A program made the position numbers and the translations under genes. Positions 1 to 12,806 of a stretch of 64,000 nt of DNA are shown one piece after another. Under the pieces are notes generated by a model. The model saw only the letters and a program-made list of their open reading frames with translations, was not told the DNA's origin and made no database searches. Within the stretch, counting starts at the first letter, position 1; every line of letters begins with the position of its first letter. The stretch is from Eutreptiella sp. 'Long Island Sound 2002' (lineage: Eukaryota > Protista > Euglenida): contig OZ038378.1 of NCBI GenBank assembly GCA_964036045.1, positions 167,462,001 through 167,526,000 on the forward strand, read 5' to 3'.

Positions 1-634
1 AAAACTTGCTGAAAGTACTGAAGGACACATTGCTTTGGGCCATTTTGGCACACAGACTTTTGGGTCCCAGATCTTCCCTCCAACAACCCCTGCATGCACA
101 GGCCTGTACAGCACCGCAGGCAGGCTAGGGTAGGGCATTGCTCCTCAGAATACCATTAGAGACAACTCCCCCGGGCTCTATTCTTGGTGTGTTTGCTATG
201 GAGGCGGTGCGGTTGCAAGGCATCTGCTCCGGCCGAAGGGGCGGGGCCAATGTGGGGGAGATGAGTCCCCAATTTATTTGCAGGGAAGGCAAAGGCATCT
301 TCTGCATTGGCCTGCCCACTCGGTGTTGTGCATTACATACTGCATATGTGTTTCATGGGGCATTTTTGGTGAGTTGCCACCCTTTTGTTTGCATGTCTTC
401 TTGACCCCCCCCTGTTTTTGTGCTATCCCGCGTGAGTCAGCCCAGTTGACGTTTTTTGAATGTAGCACTCTATGGGCTCTAGAGGTCAAATTAATAGTGG
501 CTCCTCACGATGCTGTCGAAGGTAGACTGTAGGAGAACCATTGTCAAACTTTTGTGACAGTTGCAGGGGCCCACAACGCCCGATAATTGGGTCAAAGTTG
601 CTGAAAACCACTTGCTAGCTCATGCCAAGTGGTG

Positions 635-1470
635 TATGATGAGGTTTGGAATAACACGTTTCTGCCGCATTTTGGACTCTGTTTTGGTCCCAAAATGGCC
701 CATTTCCAAGGATTTTGGCACTTTCGGAGGGCCAAAGTGGGTCACCATGGGCTCAAATGCCCCCCCACCCCCAAAAAAACTGGTTCAAGGATCTTGGTCG
801 TTTGGGAACAATTTTGGGAAAGGTCATTTTTGAGCCCTCAGAGAGCCAGTGGACCCTCTTTGGCCACATTTGGTTTGTGCTGCCCTTGTAGGCCCGACCA
901 TGCCCTGGTACAGGGGTCTAGGCGTCTAGTTGGGCAATTCTCAGGGATGGAAACCACAAAAAGTGGAAGGTTGTGGGTGGATTAGGTGCCCTCGGAATCG
1001 GATGTTGATTCACGTAGCCCAAGGGACAACCCATTCTTGGTTTGGGGCTCTTTGCATCCAAGCGGATTTGAGGCCATTTTGGGGTCATTTTTCAGGTGTT
1101 TGTGGGACGTGTCACGGAGGCCACTGAAGAGCTCTTTGACACAAGGAAACCAAGCCAAACACACAACACGCAATCTATTTTGCAATCTATTTTGCGTTTT
1201 ACGAAAAAAAAATTTGCTGTATTTGACGAAAATTAGGCCGATTTTGGATGGCACCCTCCCAACTTGGCACGCACGCCCCGTGCTGCCACTGGTGAGTTGA
1301 GGGTGCAAATTTTAGGCTTGGGAAGGCCATGCAGCAATACCAACGATGGATCGAGCAGAATAGAGCCCAAAGCGTTGACATAGAGATATTGGCAAAACGG
1401 AAACATGAAGTGCTTGTTGCTTGTTGTTGCTTGTTGCTCCTTGTTGCTTGTCGCTAGCTAGATTTAGGGG
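635..1470 (+). repeat. Dispersed repeat, diverged relative of the ~1.15-kb element at 38.5 kb and 52-56 kb (different right end)
   Basis: Shares internal blocks such as GATGAGGTTTGGAA..TTTTGGTCCCAAAA and GGAAACCACAAAAAGTGG..GTGCCCTCGGAATCG with the 1.15-kb units; ends in a (TTG/CTTG)n tract plus GCTAGCTAGATTTAGGGG. Boundaries approximate. Confidence 0.7.
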
Positions 1471-1498
1471 CGAGGGGTGTAGAAGAAAATCCGCCAAT

Positions 1499-2110
1499 TT
1501 ATACGCTCCTCCACGATGTAGGCGGGTAGGCTCCCGTCGCTGGTATGTGAGGAAGAATTACAGCACATTCTAGTTGGAATTGCTCGCTGGAGTCTTGGTT
1601 ATGTCCAGCCAACGCAGGCCGTTGAGCAACCAAAAGATCATCCGGATCCGTGATGTGGTGGGGACCCAGACATTTCTGGACAAAGGACCGTTGGAGAACC
1701 CAAAACTCAGAAGATGGTTCGCGCTCCCTGCTCCCTGCTCCCTGCAGTACCTCCAACCCATCTCAGGTCCGGTCAGAATTTAGGTTATTGGTTACCGGGT
1801 TAACGTTAAGCCTTATCTTTACTGTTCTCTTGCACTTGTCTATTTGGCACACAAATCCGTCGCTCCCCTTCCAATCCATCTTCGGTACTCTCCCACTTGG
1901 AGGTCCATTAGTTTCGGGAAATCTTTGTTCTAATCTTCCCATCTCCACTTCGTCAGAGTCGTGTAAGGGTCCGCCTTGAGAAATAAGTCTAAATGTATGT
2001 CCATCCTTTGGAAACCACTTTTGTTTTGCAGCTCCTTCCAAACTGAATTGTACGACTTCGTCCAACTTTTTCCTTGATGACCGGTTTGATAATTCGTTCT
2101 TGGTGTGAGA
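1499..2110 (-). pseudogene. Unknown protein-like reading frame interrupted by one in-frame TGA, probably a decayed mobile-element ORF
   Basis: Track ORFs 1763..2191(-) and 1499..1756(-) are in the same frame, separated by a single stop; composition is non-repetitive; no family recognised. Confidence 0.25.
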
Positions 2111-2139
2111 GCAATGGAACACAGCAAAAGGCATTTGTG

Positions 2140-2700
2140 AGATACGGGGGTCTAGATGCCCGTTTGGGCAATTTTGAGGGGTTGAAACCACAAAAGGTGG
2201 GTGGTTGCAGGTGGACCAGGTGCCCTCCGAATTGAGTTTTGGGCCACATGGCTAAGGATACCCCCCATTCTTGGGTTGGGGCTGTCTACAGCCGAACTGT
2301 GCCGATTTTCGGGCTCTTGGGGATCCTTTTGAGGTGTTTCTCAGACATCCTTTGGTGTCGGATGCCACCAAAGGGCTCTTTGACACGAGAAAGTCAAGCC
2401 GCACGTGGAGTGTGCCAATCGTTCCTTTCGTTGGGCTGCTTTGAACGGCTTTTGGGGCTGTTTTGGGGACCCCCCCCCCCCAAAACAGCCCCAAACATGG
2501 GAGGGCTCCCAACTTGGCACCACCGCCTTGGGGCACCACTCAGTTTTTTGCTCAAAACTTGGATTTGGGAATGCCACCACCTAGGGTATATTGGCTAGAG
2601 TAGAGTAGAGCCCAAAGCATTGAGACGGAGTATTGGCCACAACGGAAAGGAGACGTGTGTTGTTGTGTGTTGCTTGCTTGCTAGCTAGATTTAAGGGGAG
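2140..2700 (+). repeat. Second, 5'-truncated copy of the 635-1470 repeat subfamily
   Basis: Same internal blocks and same right end (TTGCTTGCTTGCTAGCTAGATTTAAGGGG) as the 635-1470 copy. Confidence 0.7.
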
Positions 2701-4247
2701 CAGTAATTTCTGGCATAACTATACCAGAGTGTTGCACCAGGGCTCTGGCACTCCGCATCGCGATGCACTCAAATGCAGGTCTCATATGTGCGTGTGCTCA
2801 ACGGGATGCAGGTCACATGGGCACTTGGGGCGCAGATCGATGCCATTATGGATGCTGCAGCGCATGCAGCACTGCAACCATACCCATCGGAACCGGAGCC
2901 TCTGGGTGGGACGAAGGTGGACATTTTCTCATTGGTTGCGGGCCTCCCTTCAGCAGCGGTGATTGGGGGTGCCATCTGCGCAATCCTCACGTATCTGTAT
3001 TGCAGGCGGCCTGCAAGCCCGCGAGGGGCAGAACTGGCCCTCAGTAACATTCAGCGAGCATTGTAAATTTGCAGGTCAAATCATTGTGTTGTGAGTCTTT
3101 CTTTCTCAAGTTCCAAGACAACAGCGGCATATTGCGAGCCAAAAGCAAAACAATTTCTGATCTGCCTCACACCATCCAGCGTGCCCTTTCAGGGCACTCA
3201 TTCGGATGCATAAATCCTCCTCCCCTTCGCCACCCGATGCGCTATTGCATGCTGTCTGGACTGAAATCCTCATAATTGCTATCCACGGTCCGAACTGGGG
3301 TAGGAGAAGCAGGAGTGTGTTGTGCCTACACCACTTACTTTCCAACTGGTGAGAGACAATCGGGCGGCGGATTGAGGGTCGGGGTTGGCCCGCGCCACAG
3401 ACAAAAGGTCGAAAAGCACCAGATTATTGTCCTACAGGCTGAGGTGTGATTTGTTTTTTTTTTGGTTGCCACAACTGCTGATGGCAGCAATGATGGGCGG
3501 CCAGACCTGTGCACACTGCAGAATCGATGGCGGTGGGTCGGATGTTGGGTTGGGCTGGTTTGAGAGGTGTAGCCTCTGCGACCAATAGCCACTGCAGCCA
3601 AAGCGCACGCCAGGATACAGCCCAATCCTGGCGCTTCGGGGATGAAGCCCCTGACCATGGCTGGGCAGGCTTCACCCCAACTTCCGCAACGGCAGGTGCT
3701 GCCACAGAGCAAGAACGCGCAGACTACGGTCCAGTACCGGAGCACGGCACGCAGCCCCAGACAAGGGTCCAACGTAAGTTTGTGCTGAAAATGAAGTACC
3801 GTGGCGGATATTACTGGGACTCTGCCCAGCCTTATGGTGTAGTGTGGCACAGCCCGACACCAAGACATCGCAGGATGTGGCCCAACATCCGGACATCGCG
3901 GCGCACCTCAGCTCAGAACTTCCTCAATTCAAGAACGAAATTGGTGGAATTTATGCAGTGGGTACATGGCGAGCATGTGGTGGCCTTTTGGTGCTCTGCC
4001 TTCTGCTCCAGCCTTAGCATGCCCAATGAGCCAGTGCCGAAGAGCTGGAGTCGTTTGCGCTGGCTCGGCTAGTACTAAAAGCTCATGGACTGCCGTTGCG
4101 TGCACTGAGCTCTGCAGGATGAGCAGGCTATGAGTAAAGTGTGCATGTAGTGTGTAAGACGAGTGCATGATGAGCGCCCAGCCCCCATATTGGCGTTGCA
4201 CTTCACGGCTTGCCACCCGTTATCAAAGCGGCTGGCAAGCCGTGGAA

Positions 4248-4678
4248 TGGGGGCGCCGGGTTTTCACTTCCGGGGGGGGGGGGCTGGGTGGGTCGATAGA
4301 GCCCCCAAAACTGGGGGGGCGGGGGTTCAGGAAAAGGGCTCAATTGACAGGCACCATTAATCAATTATTATAAATTCTGGCGCCGAAGGTCCCGAAAAAT
4401 TTTTTGAGCATTACAATTGGTCAATTTTTTTCCACCAAATGTATGGCAAATGATGACTTTTCTGAACCCCCTCGACGCGCTTATTCCAAAAATCCCGTTT
4501 TCATTTCTCGCCGATATTTGGGTCTGGGTCACCTCCGAGGTCCGGGGGTCAGTCTTGGTAGGATTTTGGGGGTCCCGCCAATTGAGCCCTTTTTGGGAGG
4601 GGGAGGGGGAGGGGTTTCCGGCTGGAGGGCTCCATCAACCCCCCCCCCCCCCCGGAAATGAAAGCCCGCCCGCCCCTG
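4248..4678. mobile_element. MITE-like element with ~110-bp imperfect terminal inverted repeats
   Basis: Left GGGGGCGCCGGGTTTTCACTTCCG(G)n..AAAAGGGCTCAATTG is the reverse complement of right CAATTGAGCCCTTTT..(C)nGGAAATGAAAGCCCGCCCGCCCC; non-coding interior. Confidence 0.65.
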
Positions 4679-7600
4679 GAGCTTTGGTGTAGTGAAGTGC
4701 TGCACTGCAACATTTTCCTGCTGCACTGTGACGCTGCAAGGCTGCTGCTCTGCAAGGCATGCCTTGTGCTGTGGGAGGTGTTCGTGCTGTGCTGGCCAAC
4801 CGGTTCAGCACCGCGGGGAAGCCGTCTGTGTATCAGCGGTGCAGGGGTCGTTCACAGTCTTTGCGTGTTGTGTCGAAACGGGGATGCGGGGTGAGGCCGA
4901 AGGCAGTCTATGTCTATGTTGACCTCAAGATGATTCCCAAAGGTTGACCCTCCGTTTGTCCCAGTTCCCAGGTGTTGGCACCCGCTCCCGCCTGCTTTCT
5001 CTTGGATCCCCACTCCCTGTCCCCTGGAGAATGCGTTTCCTGCGGCACCTGCAGCTCGACCTGCAGTGCGCGGCTTTGGTAATTGCCTCAGGGCATGGGG
5101 ATCGTGACTGTGCACACGGATCCGCATGCATCGCTTATCCCCTCATTCGCCATTCTCGGATGTTTACTTCATGTGTCAGCCCTGTTAAGGCAGGGGGTGT
5201 GCCCGATGACTCTTGCGTGGATGTGGCAAGGTCCTGGTGTACAGGTTTTGCACAAAGTCAGGATATGCCTGGTTGATGGTCCACGTATCTTTATGGTTGC
5301 CCCTGACTTGAAACTGGTGCTTGTACCAGGTGTAAATACTGCCCCCCTCCTTGGCCTACGTCGTTTATGGATGTCATGCTGCCTTGGTGTGTCAGCAATG
5401 CCTTGTTGTTAGTTTTCCTTGGGTGCCCCCACTGCTGGCCCCGGTCTGTGGACACAAGCCCCTGCCTTTTTTGCAAATCAGTTGCCCAGTGACGACAAAC
5501 TAGTCCACATGAAGATGGTGCAAAAGGCGCGGGAAAAAATTTTTGGGGACCTGACTGCGCTCTAACATGTATATGATGATTAGTTTTGAAGTATAAATGT
5601 TGCAGCCCTCCCTCCCACTCCTTTCGAGGGTGGTAATGGAAGCAGTCTTTGTCGGCACTATGCACTGGCTTTGCAGGCAATGTGCCCGTATGACGCATGC
5701 ACTGTGCACGCACCGTGCGCACACCATGAAGGAACTGTGCGCACACCATGCATGCGCTGTGCACACCTCAGGCACGTTCCGTGCACACACTGTGCATGCA
5801 ACAGGCACACACTGTGCATACCCCATGCAAGCATGAGGGGACGGTGCTCCAGGGCCTCCCTGGCACGTCTTTGACTTAGCTGAGCAAATCTGTAGCACTG
5901 AATGACTCTAAAACATCCAACACTGCGCATTGAATGCACTGAGTGAGCACAGCCCCGTCCTGCGACTCATACGGTTGCACTGAGTGTTTCAGGCCACGAC
6001 TTGCAAACCTGCTGCAGCGGAGGAAGCATCGTGCCATGAGCCTTGTGATGTTTGATCTGCTTGCTTGTCCTTTTGTGTCTGCTGGGGCTGTGGCTCTTGC
6101 TGCGGGGGTAGTCCTGCATGGGTTCCCTTCCGGGCCCTGGACAGCCACTGGTCTTCCCTCCGCAAGCTGCCTCTGGTCGTTGCTGCCTGGTCGGCCACAG
6201 GGCCGGCGTGCGGTGCCCCGTTTGCGTGTGAGTGGGGCCCAGTAGTTGGTCTGCTGGGGCTGGGCAGCAAGGGCAGCGCAGGCACAACCGAACCAATTTG
6301 CACCGGCCCCCAGGCTGTGCGAGCAGCGACCACCCAGCGCAGTCTGCGAAGGGAAGAATGGGTGCTGTCCAGGGCCCCGTAATGAAACCACTGAAGGACG
6401 AAATGTCACACAGGGGGTTCTGGAACGGGGCTCCTTTGGCTGAGCGGATGTAAAAAGTGCTTTTTTTGTATCACACAAGGACACAAGGGGTAGAGACTCA
6501 CAGAATTTGATTCTGCCACCTTCCTCCGACTACCACCTTCCTCCCACTGCCATACAAAAGGGTGCCAACATCCTTTTTCCACTAGTCATGAGCAGCAGTC
6601 ATCTGGAGCTTACTAGAAATAATCGTAGTCATCTAAGAATAGAAAGCTGTTATCCAGACCCCAGCCAGAGGGAGTGTCAGTTGTCCAAAACGCTCAAGCA
6701 ATCGGTTGCACTCAATCCAGAACGTTCCAATAATTCACACTGGGCATCCGCAGCTCACGCGGAATTTACCTCTACTACCTCCTGCAAGCCTTCTCCAGGA
6801 GCAATTTTGGACACATGCAACTTTTGGGTCCCAACTTTTCCAGGATGGCTGTCCACCACAAATGATGCGAAAAAGGGGCTAAAAATGCTGAAATGCGGGC
6901 TCTGTGGACACTGGCCCAAAGATTCCTCCTGCAACGGGGGGGGGTGTAGAAAAGGAGCACCCCCTTGAACTTTTATTTCTTTGGGCACCCAGGGTATTCT
7001 GTTTTTTGTGTGTCGGACGGTTGGGCAATGCTGTGCATTTGGCATTGGATGTGGTAGGCCCATGCTACGTATTCTGCCTGTGGCATCGGATCCGAGGGTC
7101 GTGCTATGCATTCTATGTGCCGCATTGGATGGTGGGGTCATACTAGCAGTATGGACATCTGGTCATTGTGACTCGCATGTTGAAAAAATCCCACTGTAAA
7201 CGTTTGCATGGACAGAAATGCGTGCATTAAGAAAATATATGTGTCTTTTGTGGCAATGCACGCTAAGTCACCGGGGAGATTTCAAGTGGAGGGAGAGGGT
7301 AGACTGCATAGCATGACCCTCAGGAATGCCATGCACGCAGTGCAAAGTTTTGGCAGTCGGCAAATACTCGAACCCTAGTTTCGGCCCCTTTTCACAAGTT
7401 TTTGGTTCCGTACCAGGGATTTTTTTTTAGCTTCCTAAGCATTTAGGATGTGGCATATTTGAATTGTCAACCATTTTTGCCCATTTTCAACCACCTGCAC
7501 CTCCCTACTTAGGCAGTTTTTCTGTCAATTTGCTTTCAATGAGTGCCATGGACGGGCATGACATGCAACCACCTTCCGACTCCCAGCGGCCTCACGCCTC

Positions 7601-8874
7601 AGTAGAGGAGAGGATTGTAGAACAAGCCAGAGAAATTCAGCAGCTACGCGAGCAGCTGGCCAGGGCATCAGTCAAGGAAGGTCCGACCCTCCATCCCCTG
7701 TCTGTGCTGGAGTTGAACAAGGCCCTCGAACGACTTATCGTGTCTAACTTGAAAGCCTATGTCAGGCTGAGGGCTAGAGAAGTCAACGAAGTCCCGAGGC
7801 CAGTGGAGTTCAAGGGCATAGTTGTACTTTACAAGGTTGAGTGGCTTGTTCATAACGACGGTTGATTACCAAGTTGAAGGCAGTTTCGTTGTTCTCATGT
7901 GGGCTTTGCTGCTTCGCCGTGCTACTACACAAGTGACAGGTATTCTTGGGTGAGTATCCCAGCTTCTACGTGCGCAGTATGCACACAGTGCGCACGCAGT
8001 GCAAGAACTTGGCCCTCGTTCCAGGAATATGGCGATGTGCATAGCATGCATACGTGTTGTCTGATTTTGATCTTGTCCAAACACAAGACATGGTGTTTGC
8101 ACGTTCAGAAACACTCTTGCTGCTATATGAAACATATCATGGTCCTACCGCAAAGAGTAGATTCACACAGGTAGTGAACAGGGTAGGTCCGCCAGATGAA
8201 AGTGGGACACACTGACATGTTGCATGTGGGGCCCTTGTTTGTACCTAATGCCCTACTCCTTGATCAGGACTGTTGCCTGGGAGCTCACTGTGAACTTGAT
8301 GGAGAAGTTGAGTTGGAAGGAAAAAAAAGAAACATAGCATGGTCCTCCCATTTAGTACCACATGCAGACTGTACAACGTGACTCGGATGCAGCACGGAGA
8401 ATCCATAAATTGGCATCGGAATGTAGGACCATGCTCTGGATTCTGCATGTGGCATCGGAGGGTGGGGTCAGGGGGGTTTCTTGTAAAACTGAGTACTCCG
8501 TGATCTGATTCCATGCTATAGATACTCTGTGGTCTGCTTCTGCTAGATATTCATCGGGTCGTGGCATGCACAATTCTAGGGGGCGCCTGAGTATGTAGGC
8601 CATGGTTGTTGGGTCAGGTGCAATGGGCAGGATGTGAGGGACGCTTCCGGCGTGGCAAGCAAGCAAAATGCACGGTATGTGGGGAGCTCCACGGCAAACA
8701 TTGCCCGAGCGACTGATCGAATGTAGATGGTGGAAGGGCTCCTTCTGAAAGGTATGGGATGATGCGTGGGACCAAGAACGGGACAAGGCGGCACGATGGA
8801 GGCTACAACATGCGAACAGAGGTTGCGCACTTCCAATATGCGCTATTTTTCTTGGTACCGACACGTCACGCATA

Positions 8875-9756
8875 GTGGTGGTAAGCACCCCGGAGGGGAA
8901 GCGCACCCCACTACCGATACGAAGCCCGGAGCAGCCTCCACACGAAAAGGGACGCGACATCCCCCCGGGGATAGCAAGGATGTTGCAGCAGATCCGAATG
9001 CCTCAAGCAAGGCCACAACCGCTACAGCCTCGAAGGGAACCACGGCCCAACGCGCGGACTTCACGCACCGCCGTCCTGCCCACCGGCCCTCCGATGGGGT
9101 TCAACGTAACTAGCACCCCGTCTCCGCGGGTGCCGAGTAGGCCAGGGCAATTCTCGCCATCTCCGGCATGGTCGCCGGCGGTGACTTCCAGTTGGCACTC
9201 AGTGCGGCACGTGTCCCCAGAGCATTGGTCGCCCGCATGCACACCACGGGGGGGGTCTGACCGACAGCAGGATTCACCTCACCTGCCCCCCGTCCTGCTG
9301 GCGCCCCTATTTGAGAGCGCCATGTCTACCCCGCGAAGGGACAGCACTCAGAGTGCGTCTGATGAGGACGTGCAACAATATGCCGTCCGGTGTTCTACCC
9401 CCCCCGATCTGCCCCCCACCCTGCTGGCGCCACTTTTTGAGAGCGTGATGTCTGCCTCGCGAGCGGGCAGCACTCATCGTGAGTGCGATGAGGACATGGG
9501 TCAGTACGAAGTCCAGTACTCTACCCCAGCCTCCGTGGGGGAGTGGCCCCCTAACCCCTTTACCTTTCCCTCTCTTCGCGGAGCACAGCGTCTCTGCACG
9601 GAATTGCCTGGCATGGCCCGACAGGGCCAGGGATGGGTTCGTGACCCCCATGCACGACACTCCACCATGCTGTACAGCATGCAGGAGGGTGCTCTGTCTC
9701 CCAACAGCGCGGAGGGGCTCATGAAGCATGGACGGGCCTCACGTGAGGCAACATAA
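8875..9756 (+). CDS. Orphan Pro/Ser-rich ORF (293 aa) with an internal 42-aa tandem duplication
   Basis: 126-nt in-frame duplication (starts 9283 and 9409) with several synonymous differences (CCC/CCA, CTA/CTT, CAA/CAG, TAT/TAC); no family recognised; true start uncertain. Confidence 0.4.
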   Translation: MVVSTPEGKRTPLPIRSPEQPPHEKGRDIPPGIARMLQQIRMPQARPQPLQPRREPRPNARTSRTAVLPTGPPMGFNVTSTPSPRVPSRPGQFSPSPAWSPAVTSSWHSVRHVSPEHWSPACTPRGGSDRQQDSPHLPPVLLAPLFESAMSTPRRDSTQSASDEDVQQYAVRCSTPPDLPPTLLAPLFESVMSASRAGSTHRECDEDMGQYEVQYSTPASVGEWPPNPFTFPSLRGAQRLCTELPGMARQGQGWVRDPHARHSTMLYSMQEGALSPNSAEGLMKHGRASREAT

Positions 9757-9868
9757 AGGACGGAGGGGGGAGCCTCTTGTCATACAGGGCGGCAGCTCTC
9801 CAGAAACCCGCGCGACTTGCCCCTTGGGTGAGTTTGGGGGCTGGAATGGGTAGAAGCCCCATGGACTA

Positions 9869-10537
9869 TTGCTCCTTAATATGATTTCCTTCCTTCCGCT
9901 ATTTTTCTTGGTAATGGCGCAACTTAGGTCGCGGTTGCCCATGCTGGACACGGAGGAATACGACGACCCGAAAAAGGTGAAGCCATGGTATGGGAAATTA
10001 CGGACACGACCATTCACTCCCAACCCCACGGTGTGGTGCTCGAGGCAACAGGTGCGACTGCCTAACGGAATGACACCCAAAGGAAAAGCTCAGCGGGAAG
10101 GCAAGAGACGGACTATGGACAGATGTGCACCATTGGGCGATGAGTGGTGGAAGTGTATCATAGAGCGAGATAAGGGAGATGAAGCACGGATAGATTCGGC
10201 ACAAAGCCTAGTGTCGCGTGTGTGGGGACTACATTTTGAGGGAGGGAATGTTACTCACGATGGGGCGGCACTGAGGGCGTACTGGGAGACACAAGAGTGG
10301 TTAGCGCAGCACAGGACGTACCAAGCACAGCGGTGGGAAGAGTACAGGGCACATGTGGCGGTAATGTGGCAGGGCCACCACGCGGTATGTGGGCTGGGAG
10401 ACATAGCTAAGAGAGGACATAGCGTAATGGAGAGGACCTGGAATGGTGAGTCTGTGTGGGCAGTGGCATGGAGGGCGGTAGGCAAGAGGCGTAAGTTGAG
10501 GTTAGGACGGTGTGGGAGGCTAGGGACAGTTAGATGA
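9869..10537 (+). CDS. Orphan Trp/Arg-rich ORF (222 aa), possibly mobile-element derived
   Basis: Long open frame in non-repetitive sequence directly downstream of the 8875 ORF; no recognisable motif. Confidence 0.25.
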   Translation: MLLNMISFLPLFFLVMAQLRSRLPMLDTEEYDDPKKVKPWYGKLRTRPFTPNPTVWCSRQQVRLPNGMTPKGKAQREGKRRTMDRCAPLGDEWWKCIIERDKGDEARIDSAQSLVSRVWGLHFEGGNVTHDGAALRAYWETQEWLAQHRTYQAQRWEEYRAHVAVMWQGHHAVCGLGDIAKRGHSVMERTWNGESVWAVAWRAVGKRRKLRLGRCGRLGTVR

Positions 10538-10743
10538 TGGTATGAGAGAGATGAGTGAACAGGTCCCCACGGGTCCCAGGGTACTGAATTCCGCACCCCC
10601 TGCTGTTTTGAATTGATCATGCATGCTTCTGTAGGTGGGTGGTTTTCAGGGGTGTCCTTGGGATAAACGACGTGATAATTGGTGCTGTGCCCGCCATGTG
10701 CGAAAACGCCCCCTAAGGATTGTGGCTTGGTACAAAGGGGGGA

Positions 10744-11122
10744 GGGGGTTCAGGAGGGGAGAATTTCGCGGTGAAAATTTTGCCGTTAAGAAAAGTAGCG
10801 AAATTTCCCCAGGTGAAATTTTCGCGAGCATGTGACCAACAGCTTCAATGCGGGTTCAGATGCAGGTGAGTACTGTGAATTCAGACATGTGCAGCAGTGT
10901 ACCAGGCGGAGGGAAGGGACAAAGATGTGTTTGTTTGCAGCATGCAGTGGTTGTGTGACTGGATTGCATTGGAAATAAGAGGAACCGCCCAGAGAGCCCA
11001 CCAGGAAACACCAGAAATCATCCAGAGCCCGCCAGGAAATACCAGCAAGCTTCAGGATACCTGGAGGTGGCGAAATTTCCCCCTTCCGTTATCCCCGTCG
11101 AAATTGTCCCCTGGAACCCCCC
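10744..11122. mobile_element. MITE-like element ~180 bp upstream of the phosphatase start codon
   Basis: Left GGGGGTTCAGGAGGGGAGAATTTCG versus right CGAAATTGTCCCCTGGAACCCCCC (imperfect inverted); internal repeated GAAATTT(T)C motifs. Confidence 0.5.
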
Positions 11123-11303
11123 CCCCCCCTGTGGGGTGTTTTCGGGCATTTGAGAGGCCAAAGGAAGCATGCGCACAGCGACCGTGTGTCATGTAAGCAT
11201 CGTGCGCCATTGTGCAAACGCTCCTTCAAAGGGGGTGCGTACATCCGCTGTGCCGTACATGTTTCTGTTGGCAGGAAAGCAAGCGATTTTCTTCCTCCAC
11301 ATC

Positions 11304-11501
11304 ATGTTGTGGTGGCTGTTGGCAAGCCAGCTGTTGTGGCTGGCAGTCGGCGAGCTCCTGGGCGCCATGGTCATCTCGCGGCACGGCACGCGTGCCCCGA
11401 ATGCGCCGGTTGAGGAATGGTGTCCGAACTTGAGGGCCAACCTCGCGGTGTACCGCGGTGTGGGCGTGGCCCCCGGTGGCCTGACTGGCAAGGGCATGCA
11501 G
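11304..11501 (+). CDS. Histidine acid phosphatase (branch 2), exon 1: signal peptide plus RHGxRxP motif
   Basis: MLWWLLASQLLWLAVG signal-like N-terminus, RHGTRAP catalytic motif, GGLTGKGMQ followed by GT donor at 11502 (phase 0). Confidence 0.85.
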
Positions 11502-12413
11502 GTCTGCACTCTGCACTGCAACCTGCGTGCACACTGTGTCTGTGCAGCAAGGCCATGTGCCTGTGCTCTGCACTGCACTGCTGGTCCACATACCTGATCA
11601 GACCGGTGCTTTGTGGCAGAAACCATAGCCTGGGAGGAAAGGGGGGCTGCAGGAGATGGTAGGCACTACCTTGACCGTGGGACCGACCACCAACACGACC
11701 TGCAGATTGCAGCAGCACAGCACATGGCAGTGAGCAGCTCAGGGAAGACCTCCGCCCAGGCAAATCTCCACAGGACTGCGAGCAAGGGCGTGTTTCAGGA
11801 TACGTCAACACGCAGCTGCCATGCGAAGCGCAAAGTGGGCCCGACGCATGGCAAACCGCTAAGAGGGCAACGGGTGGGTCACACACCCATACAAATGGGT
11901 GGAGCGAGAGTCGGCCTCAAATGTCTAGCCTCGTGAGAAAATTCATTCTCTCGACCCGCCAAGGGGCAGAAGCCTTTTTGAGCAAGGGAACGACTGCACT
12001 GCTCTCACTTACCAAAAACATTTTCCCCTGTGGCTTGCAAGAAGAAATGTGGACAAATTCCCTCTGGAATTCAAACCCGTGTGTACACCCGGAAGTACCA
12101 ACTGGCACCCCCCCCCCCCCGGCCAAACTAATTGGATAGAAAAGAGAAGTGGTCAAATTTTTGCAGTCCCCCTTTTTTGTGGCAATTTTTGACATTTTTG
12201 GCCAATTTTAGCATGTATTGCTATATGACTCCCCCCAATAATTTTGCAGTGGTGCTCGGGTCGTGCTTCATCAAATTCTCCAACATGTTGTTTTATTGAG
12301 CCCTACTTAGTACAGATTTGAATTCTGCACATCAAAGTGGGCAGGTCCATCCTCATTTAATTGAATTTGGGGTGAAACGATGATATGTTCGGGCTATGGC
12401 AAGGTTTGAGCCC

Positions 12414-12452
12414 TTGTACTTGTACTTGTACTTGTACTTGTGCTTGTACTTG
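12414..12452. repeat. (TACTTG)n microsatellite in phosphatase intron 1
   Basis: About 6 tandem hexamers, read directly. Confidence 0.85.
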
Positions 12453-12806
12453 TTTTTGTTGAGCCTCGAAACATGTATTTTTGAATCTTACACACCCAAA
12501 TGGTGGGAGGGGGGGCAGTAATACCTGCCAAAGGCCGGAGCAAAATGTCGGACAACGGCCTTGAAGCCACCAACCTGCTCTCCGCATTGGTTTGACCCCC
12601 CCCCCCCCCCGGTGGATTTGGGCACAGATAGGGGCCGTGTATATTAATGGAGTTGCTGGTCTGGTCCGGTGGCAGGGGTCAACCAAAGGCGGTTGGCGCT
12701 CAACTGACGGTAGTTGATAGCGAATCGACGCCCGCAGCCGTTGGCCGGTGCTTGCGGTGAGGTTGGCCATACTCCAGACTGCCGTGCCGTGTTCTCCGGA
12801 ACGCAG

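Noticed and set aside
5040-5120. GHGDR as the phosphatase N-terminal motif
   Set aside because: It lacks the Arg and Pro of RHGxRxP; the real motif RHGTRAP is in the exon at 11304-11501, which splices in frame.
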